Source: Selaginella moellendorffii
Lineage: Eukaryota > Plantae > Lycopodiophyta
Reading direction: 5' to 3'
Length of the DNA: 64,000 nucleotides
NCBI RefSeq assembly: GCF_000143415.4
Contig: NW_003314305.1
Span: forward strand, 1,274,834 to 1,338,833
The notes beneath the pieces were generated by a model, which made no database searches, was not told the origin of the DNA, and worked only from the letters and a program-made list of their open reading frames with translations. The position numbers and the translations under genes were made by a program. This document shows, one piece after another, positions 39,706 to 52,377 of this stretch. Position 1 is the first letter of the stretch; every line of letters starts with the position of its first letter.

Positions 39706-40661
39706 ATCATATAACAATCTTTGCTTTGCAGCTGTTGTTACTGCCACCTCATCATCTCCACCATCCTCACCATCCTTGCTGTCTTCATTATTGTTGCTAT
39801 CTTTGCCATCACCACTCGATTTGCCGGAACTGCCAATGCTAACCATTAAAGGCTCACTGCCAAACTCACTGAAACCGCCAATGTTAGCCGTGAATGGCTC
39901 ACCGTTACAGTCATCTGAACTGCCAACATCAACTGCCAAAATCGTCATGTCACCAATTTCATGTGCCATAGCGTCCTTGGGAAAACCCTTGAAAGGTGAG
40001 TTTTTGAACTTTTTTTTAAATGCTCTTTGAACGTTTGAGTGCTTATTCAGTCTGAGTGCGTGATCCCGAATACACTTTTGATTGCAAGTGAGGGAAAATT
40101 AAAATTTACGTGAATAAGAGGTACCGGAAAATAGTTGAGCCAAAACCTGATAGTGGCACATTACATTCGAGGCTTTTGTGGAAATCTTCGAATGTAATGC
40201 ATAGGGCCACTATAGGGCTTTAGCTCGACCATCTTTCAGTACCTTCTGTTCATGTTAGTTTTGATTTTTCCCCATTCACGATCAAAAGCATTTTCGGGAT
40301 TACATGCTCTGACTGAATTGACTGAGTATTCAGATGTTTGAAAAGTATTTAAAAAAAAGTTCAAAAAATCATCTTTTGAGGCTCTTCCCAAAGACGTTGT
40401 GGTGCATGGAATTGGTGACATGATGGTTTTGGCAGTTGGTGCTGGTAGTTTCGGCGAGTCTAGCGGTGAGCTATTGGCTACTAGCACTAGCGGTTTCAAT
40501 GAGTTTGGCAGTTAGTGCTGGCAGTTCTGGCAAGTTGGGGGGTGATGCGAAACATAGCGAAAATAACAAGGATGGTGAAAATGGCAGAAACAATGAGGTG
40601 GTAGTAACAATAACTACAAAGCACTTCAAGAATGTCCCGAAAGCTAGGATTGTTATGTGAT
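39706..40661. mobile_element. ~950-bp foldback (long-TIR, non-autonomous element-like), copy A
   Basis: Ends atcatataacaatc / gattgttatgtgat; centre cattacattcgagg...cttcgaatgtaatg; arms complementary along their length with internal 45-nt repeats. Confidence 0.75.
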
Positions 40662-40879
40662 AGGTTTTGTAGAGCATCGCATTTTGTCTTATGAAATTCA
40701 AATATCGATAATAAAACATATTGTCATTGTCATGTTTGGCCAGTGCGAAAACAGATAAACTACCAAACATTTCTGGGCAACAAAAACTTTTCCAATGAAA
40801 TGTTGCAGCTTTCTAAAATCGAATAACACAAAAGGTGAAGACCAGGACAATGAGAGTAAGCTCCGGGCAAAGGCAAGCA

Positions 40880-42062
40880 ACACAATGGTAGGGAATCGTC
40901 ACTGGCAGATCAAACCCAGTCCCATTACAAGGACAATGGCATGTCAAGAGACTAGCAACTCCGTCAAGTGCTTTGGAATGGACAAGATCTATCGAGAAGA
41001 GACAGAGACTGAAGGACCCAGGCTTCACTGGCACTGGCCAGCCATGTATATTCCACTGCAAGCTCAGGACCTGGACATGAATGCTGCAAATTTTCAGTCG
41101 CTGCTCGTCAGAAGTACGTTAAACAACAAATTCGCACCAGGAGAACCAAAAACATTTTTGTACACTGATCATATGCATGCCTGTTGATAATTCAGGCATA
41201 CATGTTGATAATGTTGGTTGCTGATAGCATTTGCAGCTAGCATGAACAAAAAAAACGAAAATGAACTCACGTTGACAGTTCCTTCATGATCATTACGTCA
41301 GTCACCATCAACGTCAATGTATCCTCCTTGGAACACTCTTCCACTAGGAACACTTGCACCTATATATGCATCAAAGATCAAACAAAGCTTCGAGTGAGAC
41401 ATACATGGGATACTTGCATTCCACCGCTGTATGCTCGTAAGCAGGCCAATGAACTTGAGTTCCAGAGAACAATGAGATCCAGAAGACCATCTGCGAACTA
41501 GAACAAAAAAAAAAAGAGTTTTTGAAGGAGAACTTACACAGATCTCTGGCTTTAGTAGCAATTTTTCCAGCATTGTAACAAGCTCCACAACCAGATCTAG
41601 AGGACGAAAATCGGCCTCAACGATGATGCTATCCGGGAACTGGACACGAAGTGTGGCCTGCGAGGAGAAAAGAATGTAAGTCGGACGATCCATGGAGTGA
41701 CAGTTTCATTACCTTAGCAAACTTGGATCTACGAGCTGCTGCCTCAGCGTCACGGCTTTTTGCTGTCTTCAAGAATCTCTCTGGAAGGAAAACAAAAAAA
41801 AGGAAACTTTGAGTGAAAGATCATATGGAAGAAACCAACACGATCGAACCTGCTAACCTTCTCTTTTCTTGGACACCAATCGAGCATAATCTTCCGGAGT
41901 TAGCTCGTAGAATTCATCGCTCTCGCTCCTCTGCCCCATCAGAATCTTACCCATCAGAATCGAAAACTCGGAAAGGACTTCTCTCGCTTTTGCCGCCTCC
42001 AACGCCGCGGGACGAACACACGTGAGAATTCTTGGAAGAACCCTAATAAGGTCTTTATGGCG
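40880..42062 (-). pseudogene. PUX1(5')-SPHK-DHAD chimeric remnant, unit A
   Basis: PUX1 5' exons joined through a hybrid intron (~41492-41540) to SPHK exons DGLLDLIVL and GGYIDVDG, then DHAD pieces. Confidence 0.75.
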
Positions 42063-42233
42063 ATCACGGAAGCGCATTCTCGGCGCCTGGCAGCAATCGC
42101 TGGTTTGAACCGTGTGATCGAACTCTCCAATCCTGAAAATTCTCTCTTACAGGCGGCAGTGAGAAGCTGGATTGAAAGACATCTCCAAGTGATTTTCCCG
42201 CGCTAGGGTGGGGGGAAATTATTTCTAGGGTTT

Positions 42234-43345
42234 ATGATCGCGGACGATCCACGAGTGGATTGGAGAAGCGCATTGACGGATTGGATTGGAGGTATGCCAC
42301 GCTGCTCGCGAGATTCAAGCGGCCGAAGATTGGGGCGGGGATTCCCGTGAAGCCGCCATTGGCACCAAAGAAGCCGCTGGATGATTGGGATATTGAGAGT
42401 GATCCCGAGGGGGATTTCGAGCCGACTAGGAAATGCAAATCGCTGCTCAAGAAGAGGTTGGTCTTTGCATATGGCTATCCAAAACGACTGATTTTTCTTG
42501 TTCTTTGTTCCCTTCCATGTTTTTTTCCTGGTTCTTTGGTTCCATTTTTTCTTCTGTTTTTCCCTTTCTTTTTCGTTCTTTGTTTCGCAGATGGGGATGC
42601 TTACCGGACGAATGCCATGATTCTGTAAAGACGCTCCAGGTAGTTTTTCTCCCTTCGATCGTCACAATCTATCTAAAAAAATGGTCGTTTTGTTCCTTCT
42701 TCCAGAAGATGGAATTTTAGTTGGAAAGCAAAGACTCTACGACTACTTGGGTGAGAGCTCGTTCTTTCTTGCGATGGATGATAGATCTTCTTATGTAAAT
42801 GTAGCTGGTGGAGTATATTTTGCACAGCCTGCAACGCGAAGACCCCGCTATCAACAGGATTGGAGGAATTAGAGACAAGGAGGTACGCATCACCTTTTTG
42901 AAAGCCTGGAATGATTTTTCTTAGATGGAAGAATGCACCATGAGCTTATCCAACTTACTGTAGTAGTTGCCACTATTGTTGAGAGAGAGGAAGAACTATG
43001 GTTAGAATGAGTTAGTTGGAAAAGAAATCTATAAAACAGATGGTTTGGTGGCCTCATGTCCGGAAACTTGAACATTCAGAATGACATCCATTGTTTGCCA
43101 TACGAGATGTTTGACAGAGAGGTGAGTGTGTCTTTGTGATAAAGTCTAAATACGTTTCTTTCGTGTTTCAGGTCTCAAGGGAAGGATTTCCATGAGAGAC
43201 AAGCTTCCAATGAAGGATCCGCTGTGGGAGCATCAATCAACGAAATGTATCCGTGCTGAGAACCGCTTGAGACGTTTCTTACAAGATCTAGCCCGGAGAG
43301 ATTACAGTGGTAAAGCTTGGAGGGTATGCATTTGTTCTCAACTGG
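42234..43345 (+). pseudogene. Deleted copy of the orphan gene at 28155-29377
   Basis: KRPKIGAGIPVKPPLAPKKPLDDWDIESDPEG shared; several deletions. Confidence 0.75.
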
Positions 43346-43437
43346 AAGTAGCACGATGGTAAGCGAGTTTTATTCGTATGATTACTGACGCTTCTTATTT
43401 CTTCTCCAGAAGGTCAGATCATTCCGAGAATACAGTG

Positions 43438-44131
43438 TCACATTCCAACAGCCTTTAAAATGGTCGTCCAAAACTCGCTGGATTCCATCGTTTCTAACAT
43501 TCGTTTAGTACCTCCTCTCTCGGACGATGAGAAAGATCCATCCATTGCTGAAAGGTGACGCACCTGGTAACCAGATAAATCCTCAGGATTGAAGCGAGCG
43601 TCGAGGTGGAAATAGCTGCCATCAGGAAGAACAGAACCACAGGATCTGTGAGTCAATGGATCAATCCCCATCTGTAACAATTGCTTCTTGAGGTGTGTGT
43701 TCCAGTGGTTTTTAATCTCGTTGTCAGTTCGTCCAGGAATGTGCGATGCGATCACGGACCACCTGAAAGTGAGAAACGCAAGAACTTAGAGGTAAAACTC
43801 TACAAACTCTTACCGGTTACCCAGGATTGAATGCAGCCAGATGATGAGAACCTCTTCTTGGGCTGTGATCCCGCCTCGTTTTATATCCGGCCGGAGATAG
43901 TTCGTCCATCGCAGCCTGCAACTCTTGCCGCAGCGATTAAGTCCTGCTCGCAAGATCCAAGAGAAACTATGAGACGAAGATGTGAGAAATCGATTCACCT
44001 GCTTTCTCCGGTAGCGCTCTCCAATTCTCGTGACCGTGTTTCCGAATGTAAGCGACGAGCTTCTCGTCTTCCTCGGGCTGCCAGGGGCCTTTCGTGAGTC
44101 CCTCTTTGTTCCGGCGAGGAGGCCTCCCCAT
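43438..44131 (-). CDS. R2R3-MYB transcription factor, 3 exons, copy A
   Basis: [72 protein letters not shown]; canonical intron positions. Confidence 0.92.
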
Positions 44132-44647
44132 TGCAAAGCACGGAGAAGTAAAGAGAGCGTTCTATACACGCTGTGATTGTGTATTTATTTGTACACTTTT
44201 CCAGTGTAAGAAGCCTGGAGTGTGAGCTAGATTGCTAGACTTCTCCCTTTGGTCAAAAGGTTTCTTTTGGATTCATCGCTTTAGAGTTATAGATCGTCGC
44301 GGCTTTCAAAAGCTTGTCTTGTCTTTTAGACGCGTTCCAGAAGACCATGTCATCGCTGCCGTATATCTCTATGGAAAAACTTAGTCAATGCAGTTGCCGA
44401 CCATACAGTACCCAAGTACGAAGGACATGGAGAAAGTTTGGAATGTTCGCCACCTTTTTCGTTTGAAAAGAAAGTAGGAGCGAAGAATTACCTGGAGCTG
44501 GACGTTTTGATCGATCATGTCATTCATACATCATATAAATTTAAATATAATTATAATTAACTAATAATAAGTATAATTATTACAGTTATAATTAATTACT
44601 AATGTCTATAACTATAACTAATTATATTATTTCTTAAAGGTAGAGAT

Positions 44648-44696
44648 AAACCCTAAAGGTCCAAATCTTAAACCCTAAAGGGTCCAAAACCCTAAA
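44648..44696 (+). promoter_or_regulatory. Triple telobox (AAACCCTAA) just upstream of DHAD copy A
   Basis: Three AAACCCTAA motifs within ~60 nt of the ATG. Confidence 0.6.
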
Positions 44697-44709
44697 TCCT
44701 GGGGAGAAA

Positions 44710-47050
44710 ATGGCACAGCTACTGGGGAGCGCTCTCGGCCCGGCGCGGCCAATCCCTCGCAAGAATGCGGCGCCGTCCTCCATCGCCAGGGCATCGGTGA
44801 GCTCCTCCCCCACAGAGATCGCCGCTCCATCGCGGCAGCAGGGCGCCGGCGAGCACGCGATCGTGTTGAATCGCTACAGCAGCCGCGTGACGCAGCCCAA
44901 ATCCCAGGGCGCGTCGCAGGCCGTGCTCTATGGCGTGGGGCTGCGTGACGAGGACATGGCCAAGGCGCAGGTCGGGATCTCCTCGGTGTGGTACGAGGGC
45001 AACACTTGCAATATGCATTTGCTCAAGCTCTCCGAGGCTGTCAAGGAGGGCGTGCGCGAGGCTGGCATGGTGGGATTTCGATTCAACACCGTGGGGGTGA
45101 GCGATGCCATCTCGATGGGCACCGAGGGGATGTGCTATAGCTTGCAGTCGCGGGATTTGATAGCTGATAGCATCGAGACCGTCATGGGTGGACAGTGGTA
45201 CGATGCCAATGTCTCCATTCCAGGCTGCGATAAGAATGTAGGTGATCGAGCAAGCTCTTTCGAAAACTTCTCTATGCTCTCCTTTCTCTTTCTTGTTTCT
45301 TTTTTGTTTTCTCATTCTTTCTTTTTGCTTTTAGATGCCAGGAACTCTCATTGCAATGGGAAGGCTGAATCGACCAAGTATTATGGTTTACGGAGGAACT
45401 ATCAAAGTAAGTTTTCTCTTTCTTTTTGGTTTCTTTTGTTCGTGCTTGCTGAAAGTGTTGGTTCAGCCAGGAATCGTGAACGGGCATACGTACGATATAG
45501 TGTCAGCTTTCCAGGTATTTCTGGTTCTTTGTTTTTCTCATGGTGGCCGCGTAAACGAAGCCTATGCTGTGTTTTCGTTGTCTTCTCGGTTTATTTTTCT
45601 TAACGTACAGAGCTACGGAGAATATGTTGGTGGTCACATTTCTGACGAGCAGCGACTGAAAGTTTTGCAACATTCATGTCCAGGTGCTGGAGCTTGTGGT
45701 GGAATGTACACGGCAAATACCATGGCCAGCGCCATTGAAGCCTTAGGCATGTCCCTTCCTTACAGGTCTCTCTCTTAGTCTTTTACGTGTTTTCCGATAT
45801 TATTTATTTGTTATTTCTTTTGTAAATGCAGTTCTTCCATTCCAGCTGAAGACCCTCTGAAGCTACAAGAATGCCGACTGGTGGGAAAACACTTGCTGGA
45901 GCTGCTGAAGATGGACTTGAAGCCGAAAGACATAATCACGAAAGAGTCGCTTCACAATGCCATGGTCGTCGTAATGGCGCTGGGAGGATCGACAAATGCC
46001 GTGCTACACCTGATCGCAATTGCGAGGTAGTGAAAATCTGATCTTTCTGGTTGTTATTGAGTTTCGCTAGTTACGCAGGTCAGTAAACGTACCACTGACC
46101 TTGGACGACTTTCAGAAAGTTAGTGACAAAGTTCCGTTTATCGCTGATCTTAAACCCAGCGGGAAGTATGTAATGGAGGACTTGCATAAGGTCTGTAATT
46201 CCCAGTTTTGTGGTGACTCACAATATATTGCGATGTCACAGATCGGTGGAACGCCTGGCGTTTTAAAGTATCTGCTTGAGGAGGGCTACCTCAATGGCGA
46301 CTGCATCACTGGTAACTTCAAGAAATGGAGTGATCTTGCGCGAAGTAACGTTTTTTTTTTTTGTTTCTCTCTCTCTCTCTTTTCTGGTATGTCCAGTGAC
46401 TGGCAAGACCTTGTCGGAAAATATATCCATCTGCCCGCCCTTGAGCGAGGGACAGGTAACAACTTAAATTCAGCCTGGTGTTTCCTTGACACAATATTTC
46501 ACAGGATGTCATACATCCTCTAGATCGGCCGATCAAGTCGACTGGCCACATACAGACCTTGCTCCCGAGGGCTCCGTTGCAAAAATCACTGGGAAAGAGG
46601 GTCTTTACTTTTCAGGTGGAAATGCATTTTGTTGTTTGTTCTTTTTACTAATTACGAGATTTTTGCTTGCCAGGTCCTGCTCGGGTTTTCGAAGGCGAAG
46701 AAGCTATGCTTTCAGCGCTGTCTGAGAATCCTCAAAGCTTCAAGGTATACTTTTTTCTCTATGTCCAAAACAAGATATGATAATCACTGGTGATCGGTGA
46801 AATGCTCAGGGCTCCGTGATTGTTATCAGGGGAGAAGGTCCCAAAGGTGGTCCGGGAATGCCTGAGATGCTAACTCCTACAAGTGCGATCATGGGTGCTG
46901 GCTTGGGGAAGGTGTGTAAAGTTCGTTTTCTATGTTTCGCCATGAAAATCTCACTCCCTTTCTTTCCAGGAAGTAGCTCTCCTCACGGATGGGAGATTTT
47001 CAGGAGGTTCTCATGGTTTTGTCGTTGGACACATTTGTCCAGAAGCCCAG
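44710..47050 (+). pseudogene. DHAD: DHAD copy A: frameshifted and 3'-truncated
   Basis: Near-identical to copy B but lacks atcttgtatggaa (13 nt) near 46555 and the last two exons. Confidence 0.88.
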
Positions 47051-47444
47051 GTACTCACACAAACGAGCTCATTTCTTGATATGATATAAGCAACTTCTCC
47101 CCACTCGCTCGGTCTCTTTGCTTGTTTCTAGGGTAGTGAGTGTTAGCATGTAGAAGCTCTCATAGATTCTATCCTATCTTCTCCATCAGTTCTGTGCTTC
47201 AATGATTTTGTTTGTGTGTGTGATGTCCTGATGCAGCAATTCTCTGCTAAGGTGGAGCACTTCTTTCCCACCAGCGACCATGTTGGGCAATGGGAGGAAG
47301 CTTGCAAGCTGGTTGCATTCCTGGAGCAGTTGAAGAATGACAACTATGTCACCGTAGACAAGGTTTTTCTCCTTTTACTCTTTGTTCCTTACTTCCCATT
47401 TCTTTATCTTTTGTTTTCCAGGTTGTTCGTTTTTTTTGCTTTTG

Positions 47445-48387
47445 ATCACATAACAATCTCAGCTCTTAGGGACATTCTCGAACTGTTTTGCAATTATTGT
47501 TATTGCCGCCTCATCGTCCCTGCCGTCCTCATCATCTTTGTTTTTTTCCACCATTATTGTTATCTTTGCCATCACTGCCCAACTTGCCGGAATTGCCAGT
47601 TTCAGCTGCCAAAGGTTTACCGTTAGATTCATTGAAACTGTCAGTGGCAGCTGCTAACAGTTCACCGCTAGATTCGTCGGAACTGCCAACACCAGCTGTC
47701 AAAATCATTATTTCTAGGCATTATAGTGTCCTTGGGAAAAACTTCGAAAGGTGATTTCTTTAACTTTTTCTTAAATGCTCTTTGAACGTTTGAACGCTTA
47801 CTCAAGTCGGTTGGAACGCATGATCCTGAATACACTTTTGATTGCAAGTGGGGGAAATTCAAAATTTATATGAATAAAAGGTATTGGAAAATAGTTGAGC
47901 TAGAACCCGATGGTGGCACATTACATTCGAGGCCTCCATGGGAATCCTCGAATGTAATGTATAGAGACATCTTCCAATATTTACTGTTCATGTAAGTCTT
48001 GATTTTTCCCGCACTCCGACCGAATCTATTGAGTAAGCGTTTTGACATTCAAAAAGCATTTAAGAAAAAATTCAAAAAATCACCTTTTGAGGCTCTTTCA
48101 AGGAGATTGTAGTACCTGGAATCAGTGACGTGACAGTTTTGGCAGTTAGTGATGGCAGTTCCAGCGAGTCTAATGGTGAGCCGTTAACAGCTAGCATTGA
48201 CGGTTTCGGTATGTTTGGCAGTGAGCCTTTGGCGGTTGGCATTGATAGTTTCGGGTGGTGATGGCGAAAATAATGATAATGGTGAAGATGACAAAAATGG
48301 TAAGGACAGTGGGGATGATGAGGCGGCAATGGCAATAATTGCAAAGCACTTTAAGAATGTCCTTGAGAGTTAAGATTGTTCTATGAT
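47445..48387. mobile_element. ~940-bp foldback element, copy B
   Basis: Ends atcacataacaatctcagctcttagggacattc / gaatgtccttgagagttaagattgttctatgat; centre cattacattcgagg...cctcgaatgtaatg. Confidence 0.75.
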
Positions 48388-48619
48388 AGATTTTGTAGAG
48401 CATCGCATTTTGTTTTGTGAAATTCAAAGATCAATAATAAAACATATTGTCATTGTCATGCTTAGCCAGTGTGAAAACAGATAACACAGAGGCTACCAAA
48501 CTACCAAACATTTCTGGGCAATAGAAACTTTTCTAATGAATGTCACAGCTTTCTAAAATCCTTTAACTGGAATAATACAAAAGGTGAAGCCCAGGACAAC
48601 AAGAGTGAGCTCTGGGCGA

Positions 48620-49860
48620 AGGCAAGCAATGCAATGGTAGGGAATCGTCACTGGCAGATCAAACCCAGTCCCATTACGAGGACAATGGCATGTCAAGAGA
48701 CTAGCAACTCCATCAAGTGCTTTGGAATGGACAAGATCTATCGAGAAGAGACAGAGACTGAAGGACCCAGGCTTCACTGGCACTGGCCAGCCATGTATAT
48801 TCCACTGCAAGCTCAGGACCTGGACATGAATGCTGCAAATTTTCAGTCGCTGCTCGTCAGAAGTACGTTAAACAACAAATTCGCACCAGGAGAACCAAAA
48901 ACATTTTTGTACACTGATCATATGCATGCCTGTTGATAATTCAGGCATACATGTCGATAATGTTGGCTGCTGATAGCATTTGCAGCTAGCATGAACAAAA
49001 AAAACGAAAACGAACTCACGTTGACAGTTCCTTCGTGATCGATTACGTCACCATCAACGTTGATGTATCCTCCTTGGAACACTCTTCCACTGGGAACACT
49101 TGCACCTATATATGCATCAAAGATCAAACAAAGCTTCGAGTGAGACATATGTGAGATACTTGCATTCCACCGCTGTATGCTCGCAAGCAGGCCAATGAAC
49201 TTGAGTCCCGGAGAACAATGAGATCCAAAGACCATCTGCGAACTAGAACAAAAAAAAGAGTTTTGGAAGGAGAACTTACACAGATCTCTGGCTGTAGTAG
49301 CAATTTTTCCAGCATTGTAACAAGCTACACAACCAGATCTAGAGGACGAAAATCGGCCTCAACCATGATGCTATCCAGGAACCGGACACGAAGTGTGGCC
49401 TGCAAGGAGAAAAGCATGTAAGTCAGACGATCCATGGAGTGACAATTTCATTACCTTAGCAAACTTGGATCTACGAGCTGCTGCCTCAGCGTCACGGCTT
49501 TTTGCTGTCTTCAAGAATCTCTCTGGAAGGAAAACAAAAAAAAGGAAACTTTGAGTGAAAGATCATATGGAAGAAACCAACACGATCGAACCTGCCGACC
49601 TTTTCTTTTCTTGGACACCAATCGGGCATAATCTTCCGGAGTTAGCTCGTAGAATTCATCGCTCTCGGCCTCCTCTGCCCCACCCATCAAAATCGAAAAC
49701 TCGGAAAGGACTTCTCTCGCCTTTGCCAGTCGCGTGCTGAATCGGGGCCTCCAACGCCGCGGGATTGACGAACACACTTGAGAATTCTTGGAAGAACTCT
49801 AATAAGGTCTTTATGGCGACCACGGAAGCGCATTGTCGGCGCCTGGCAGCAATCGCTGGT
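48620..49860 (-). pseudogene. PUX1(5')-SPHK-DHAD chimeric remnant, unit B
   Basis: Near-identical to 40880-42062. Confidence 0.75.
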
Positions 49861-49969
49861 TTGTACCGTGTGATCGAACTCTCCAATCCTGAAAATTCTC
49901 TCTTACAGGCGGCAGTGAGAAGCTGGATTGAAAGACATCTCCAAGTGATTTTCCCGCGCTAGGGTGGGG

Positions 49970-51040
49970 GAGGACGATCCACGACTGGATTGGAGAAGCG
50001 CATTGACGGATTGGATTGGAGGTATGCCGCGCTGCTCGAGAGATTCAAGCGGCCGAAGATTGGGGGCGGGGATTCCCGTGAAGCCGCCATTGGCACCAAA
50101 GAAGCCGCTGGATGATTGGGTCTTTGTATATGGCCATCCAAAACGACTGATTTTTCTTGTTCTTTGTTCCCTTCCATTTTTTTTCCTTGTTTCTTTGTTT
50201 CTTTGGTTCCATTTTTGCTTCTGTTTTTCCCTTTCTTTTTCGTTCTTTGGGGATGCTTACCGGACGAATGCTATGATTCTGTACAGACGTTCCAGGTAGT
50301 TTTTCTCCCTTCGATCGTCACAATCTATCTAAAAAAATGGTCGTTTTGTTCCTTCTTCCAGAAGATGGAAGCCACTGGAGTTTTAGTTGGAAAGCGAAGA
50401 CTCTACGACTACTTGGGTGAGAACTCGTTCTTTCTTGCGATGGATGATAGATGTTCTTATGTAAATGTAGCTGGTGGAGTATATTTTGCACAGCCTGCAA
50501 CGCGAAGAGCCCGCTATCAAGAGGATTGGAGGAATTAGAGACAAGGAGGTATGCATCACCTTTTCGAAAGCCTGGAATGATTTTTCTTAGATGGAACAAT
50601 GCACCATGAGCTTATCCAACTTACTGTAGTAGTTGCCACTATTGTTGAGAGAGAGGAAGAACTATATAATCTTGATAGTGGTTTTATATATAGTTTACAT
50701 GAGAACCAAGTAGGTAGTAGTAGGAGTTGAATTTGGTTAGAATGAGTTAGTTGGAAAAGAAATCTACCATACAAGATGTTTGACAGAGAGGTGAGGTTGT
50801 CTTTGTGATAAAGTCTAAATACGTTTCTTTCGTGTTTCAGGAGCTCTGGTGGCTTATAAAGAATCTCAAGGAAAGGATTTCCATGAGAGACAAGCTTCCA
50901 ATGAAGGATCCGCTGTGGGAGCATCAATCAACGAAATGTATCCGTGCCGAGAACCGTTTGAGACGTTTCTTACAAGATCTAGCCCGGAGAGATTACAGTG
51001 GTAAAGCTTGGAGGATATGCATTTGTTCTCAACTGGAAGT
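49970..51040 (+). pseudogene. Third, deleted copy of the orphan gene
   Basis: Homology to 28155-29350 with deletions and frameshifts. Confidence 0.75.
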
Positions 51041-51128
51041 AGCACGATGGTAAGCGAGTTTTATTCGTATGATTACTGACGCTTCTTATTTCTTCTCCAG
51101 AAGGTCAGATCATTCCGAGAATACAGTG

Positions 51129-51819
51129 TCACATTCCAACAGCCTTTAAAATGGTCGTCCAAAACTCGCTGGATTCCATCGTTTCTAACATTCGTTTAGT
51201 ACCTCCTCTCTCGGACGATGAGAAAGATCCATCCATTGCTGAAAGGTGACGCACCTGGTAACCAGATAAATCCTCAGGATTGAAGCAAGCGTCGAGGTGG
51301 AAATAGCTGCCATCAGGAAGAACAGAACCACAGGATCTGTGAGTCAATGGATCAATCCCCATCTGTAACAGTTGCTTCTTGAGGTGTGTATTCCAGTGGT
51401 TTTTAATCTCGTTGTCAGTTCGTCCAGGAATGTGCGATGCGATCACGGACCACCTGAAAGTGAGAAACGCAAGAACTAGGTAAAACTCTACAAACTCTTA
51501 CCGGTTACCCAGGATTGAATGCAGCCAGATGATGAGAACCTCTTCTTGGGCTGTGATCCCGCCTCGTTTTATATCCGGCCGGAGATAGTTCGTCCATCGC
51601 AGCCTGCAACTCTTGCCGCAGCGATTAAGTCCTGCTCGCAAGATCCAAGAGAAACTATGAGACGAAGATGTGAGAAATCGATTCACCTGCTTTCTCCGGT
51701 AGCGCTCTCCAATTCTCGTGACCGTGTTTCCGAACGTAAGCGACGAGCTTCTCGTCTTCCTCGGGCTGCCAGGGGCCTTTCGTGAGTCCCTCTTTGTTCC
51801 GGCGAGGAGGCCTCCCCAT
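51129..51819 (-). CDS. R2R3-MYB transcription factor, copy B
   Basis: Same motifs and exon structure as copy A; few substitutions. Confidence 0.92.
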
Positions 51820-52377
51820 TGCAAAGCAAGGAGAAGTAAAGAGAGCGTTCTACACACGCTGTGATTGTGTATTTATTTGCACACTTTTCCAGTGTAAGAA
51901 GCCTGGAGTGTGAGCTAGATTGCTAGACTTCTCCCTTCTGTCAAAAGGTTTCTTTTGGATTCATCGCTTTAGAGTTATAGATCGTCGCGGCTTTCAAAAG
52001 CTTGTCTTGTCTTTTAGACGCGTTCCAGAAGACCACGTATATCTCTATGGAAAAACTTAGTCAATGCAGTTGCCGACCATACAGTACCCAAGTACGAAGG
52101 ACATGGAGAAAGTTTGGAATGTTCGCCACCTTTTTCGTTTGAAAAGAAAGTAGGAGCGAAGAATTACCTGGAGCTGGACGTTTTGATCGATCATGTCATT
52201 CATACACAGTTGTCATTATAAATTTAAATATAATTTTAATTAACTAATAATAAGTATAATTAATTACTAATGACTATAACTATAACTAATTATATTATTT
52301 CATAAAGGTAGAGATAAACCCTAAAGGTCCAAATCTTAAACCCTAAAGGGTCCAAAACCCTAAATCCTGGGGAGAAA

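Noticed and set aside
39776-48344. ORFs within the foldback arms with 15-aa repeats, and an apparent arm swap between copies A and B
   Set aside because: The ORFs are by-products of the 45-nt DNA repeat and are not frame-conserved; the centres have the same orientation and shared changes could be parallel C-to-T hits
19800-52000. Helitron or Pack-MULE capture as the source of the gene fragments
   Set aside because: No Rep/helicase or transposase and no enclosing termini or TSD identified; most fragments derive from adjacent genes in collinear order, which fits local duplication better (not fully excluded)
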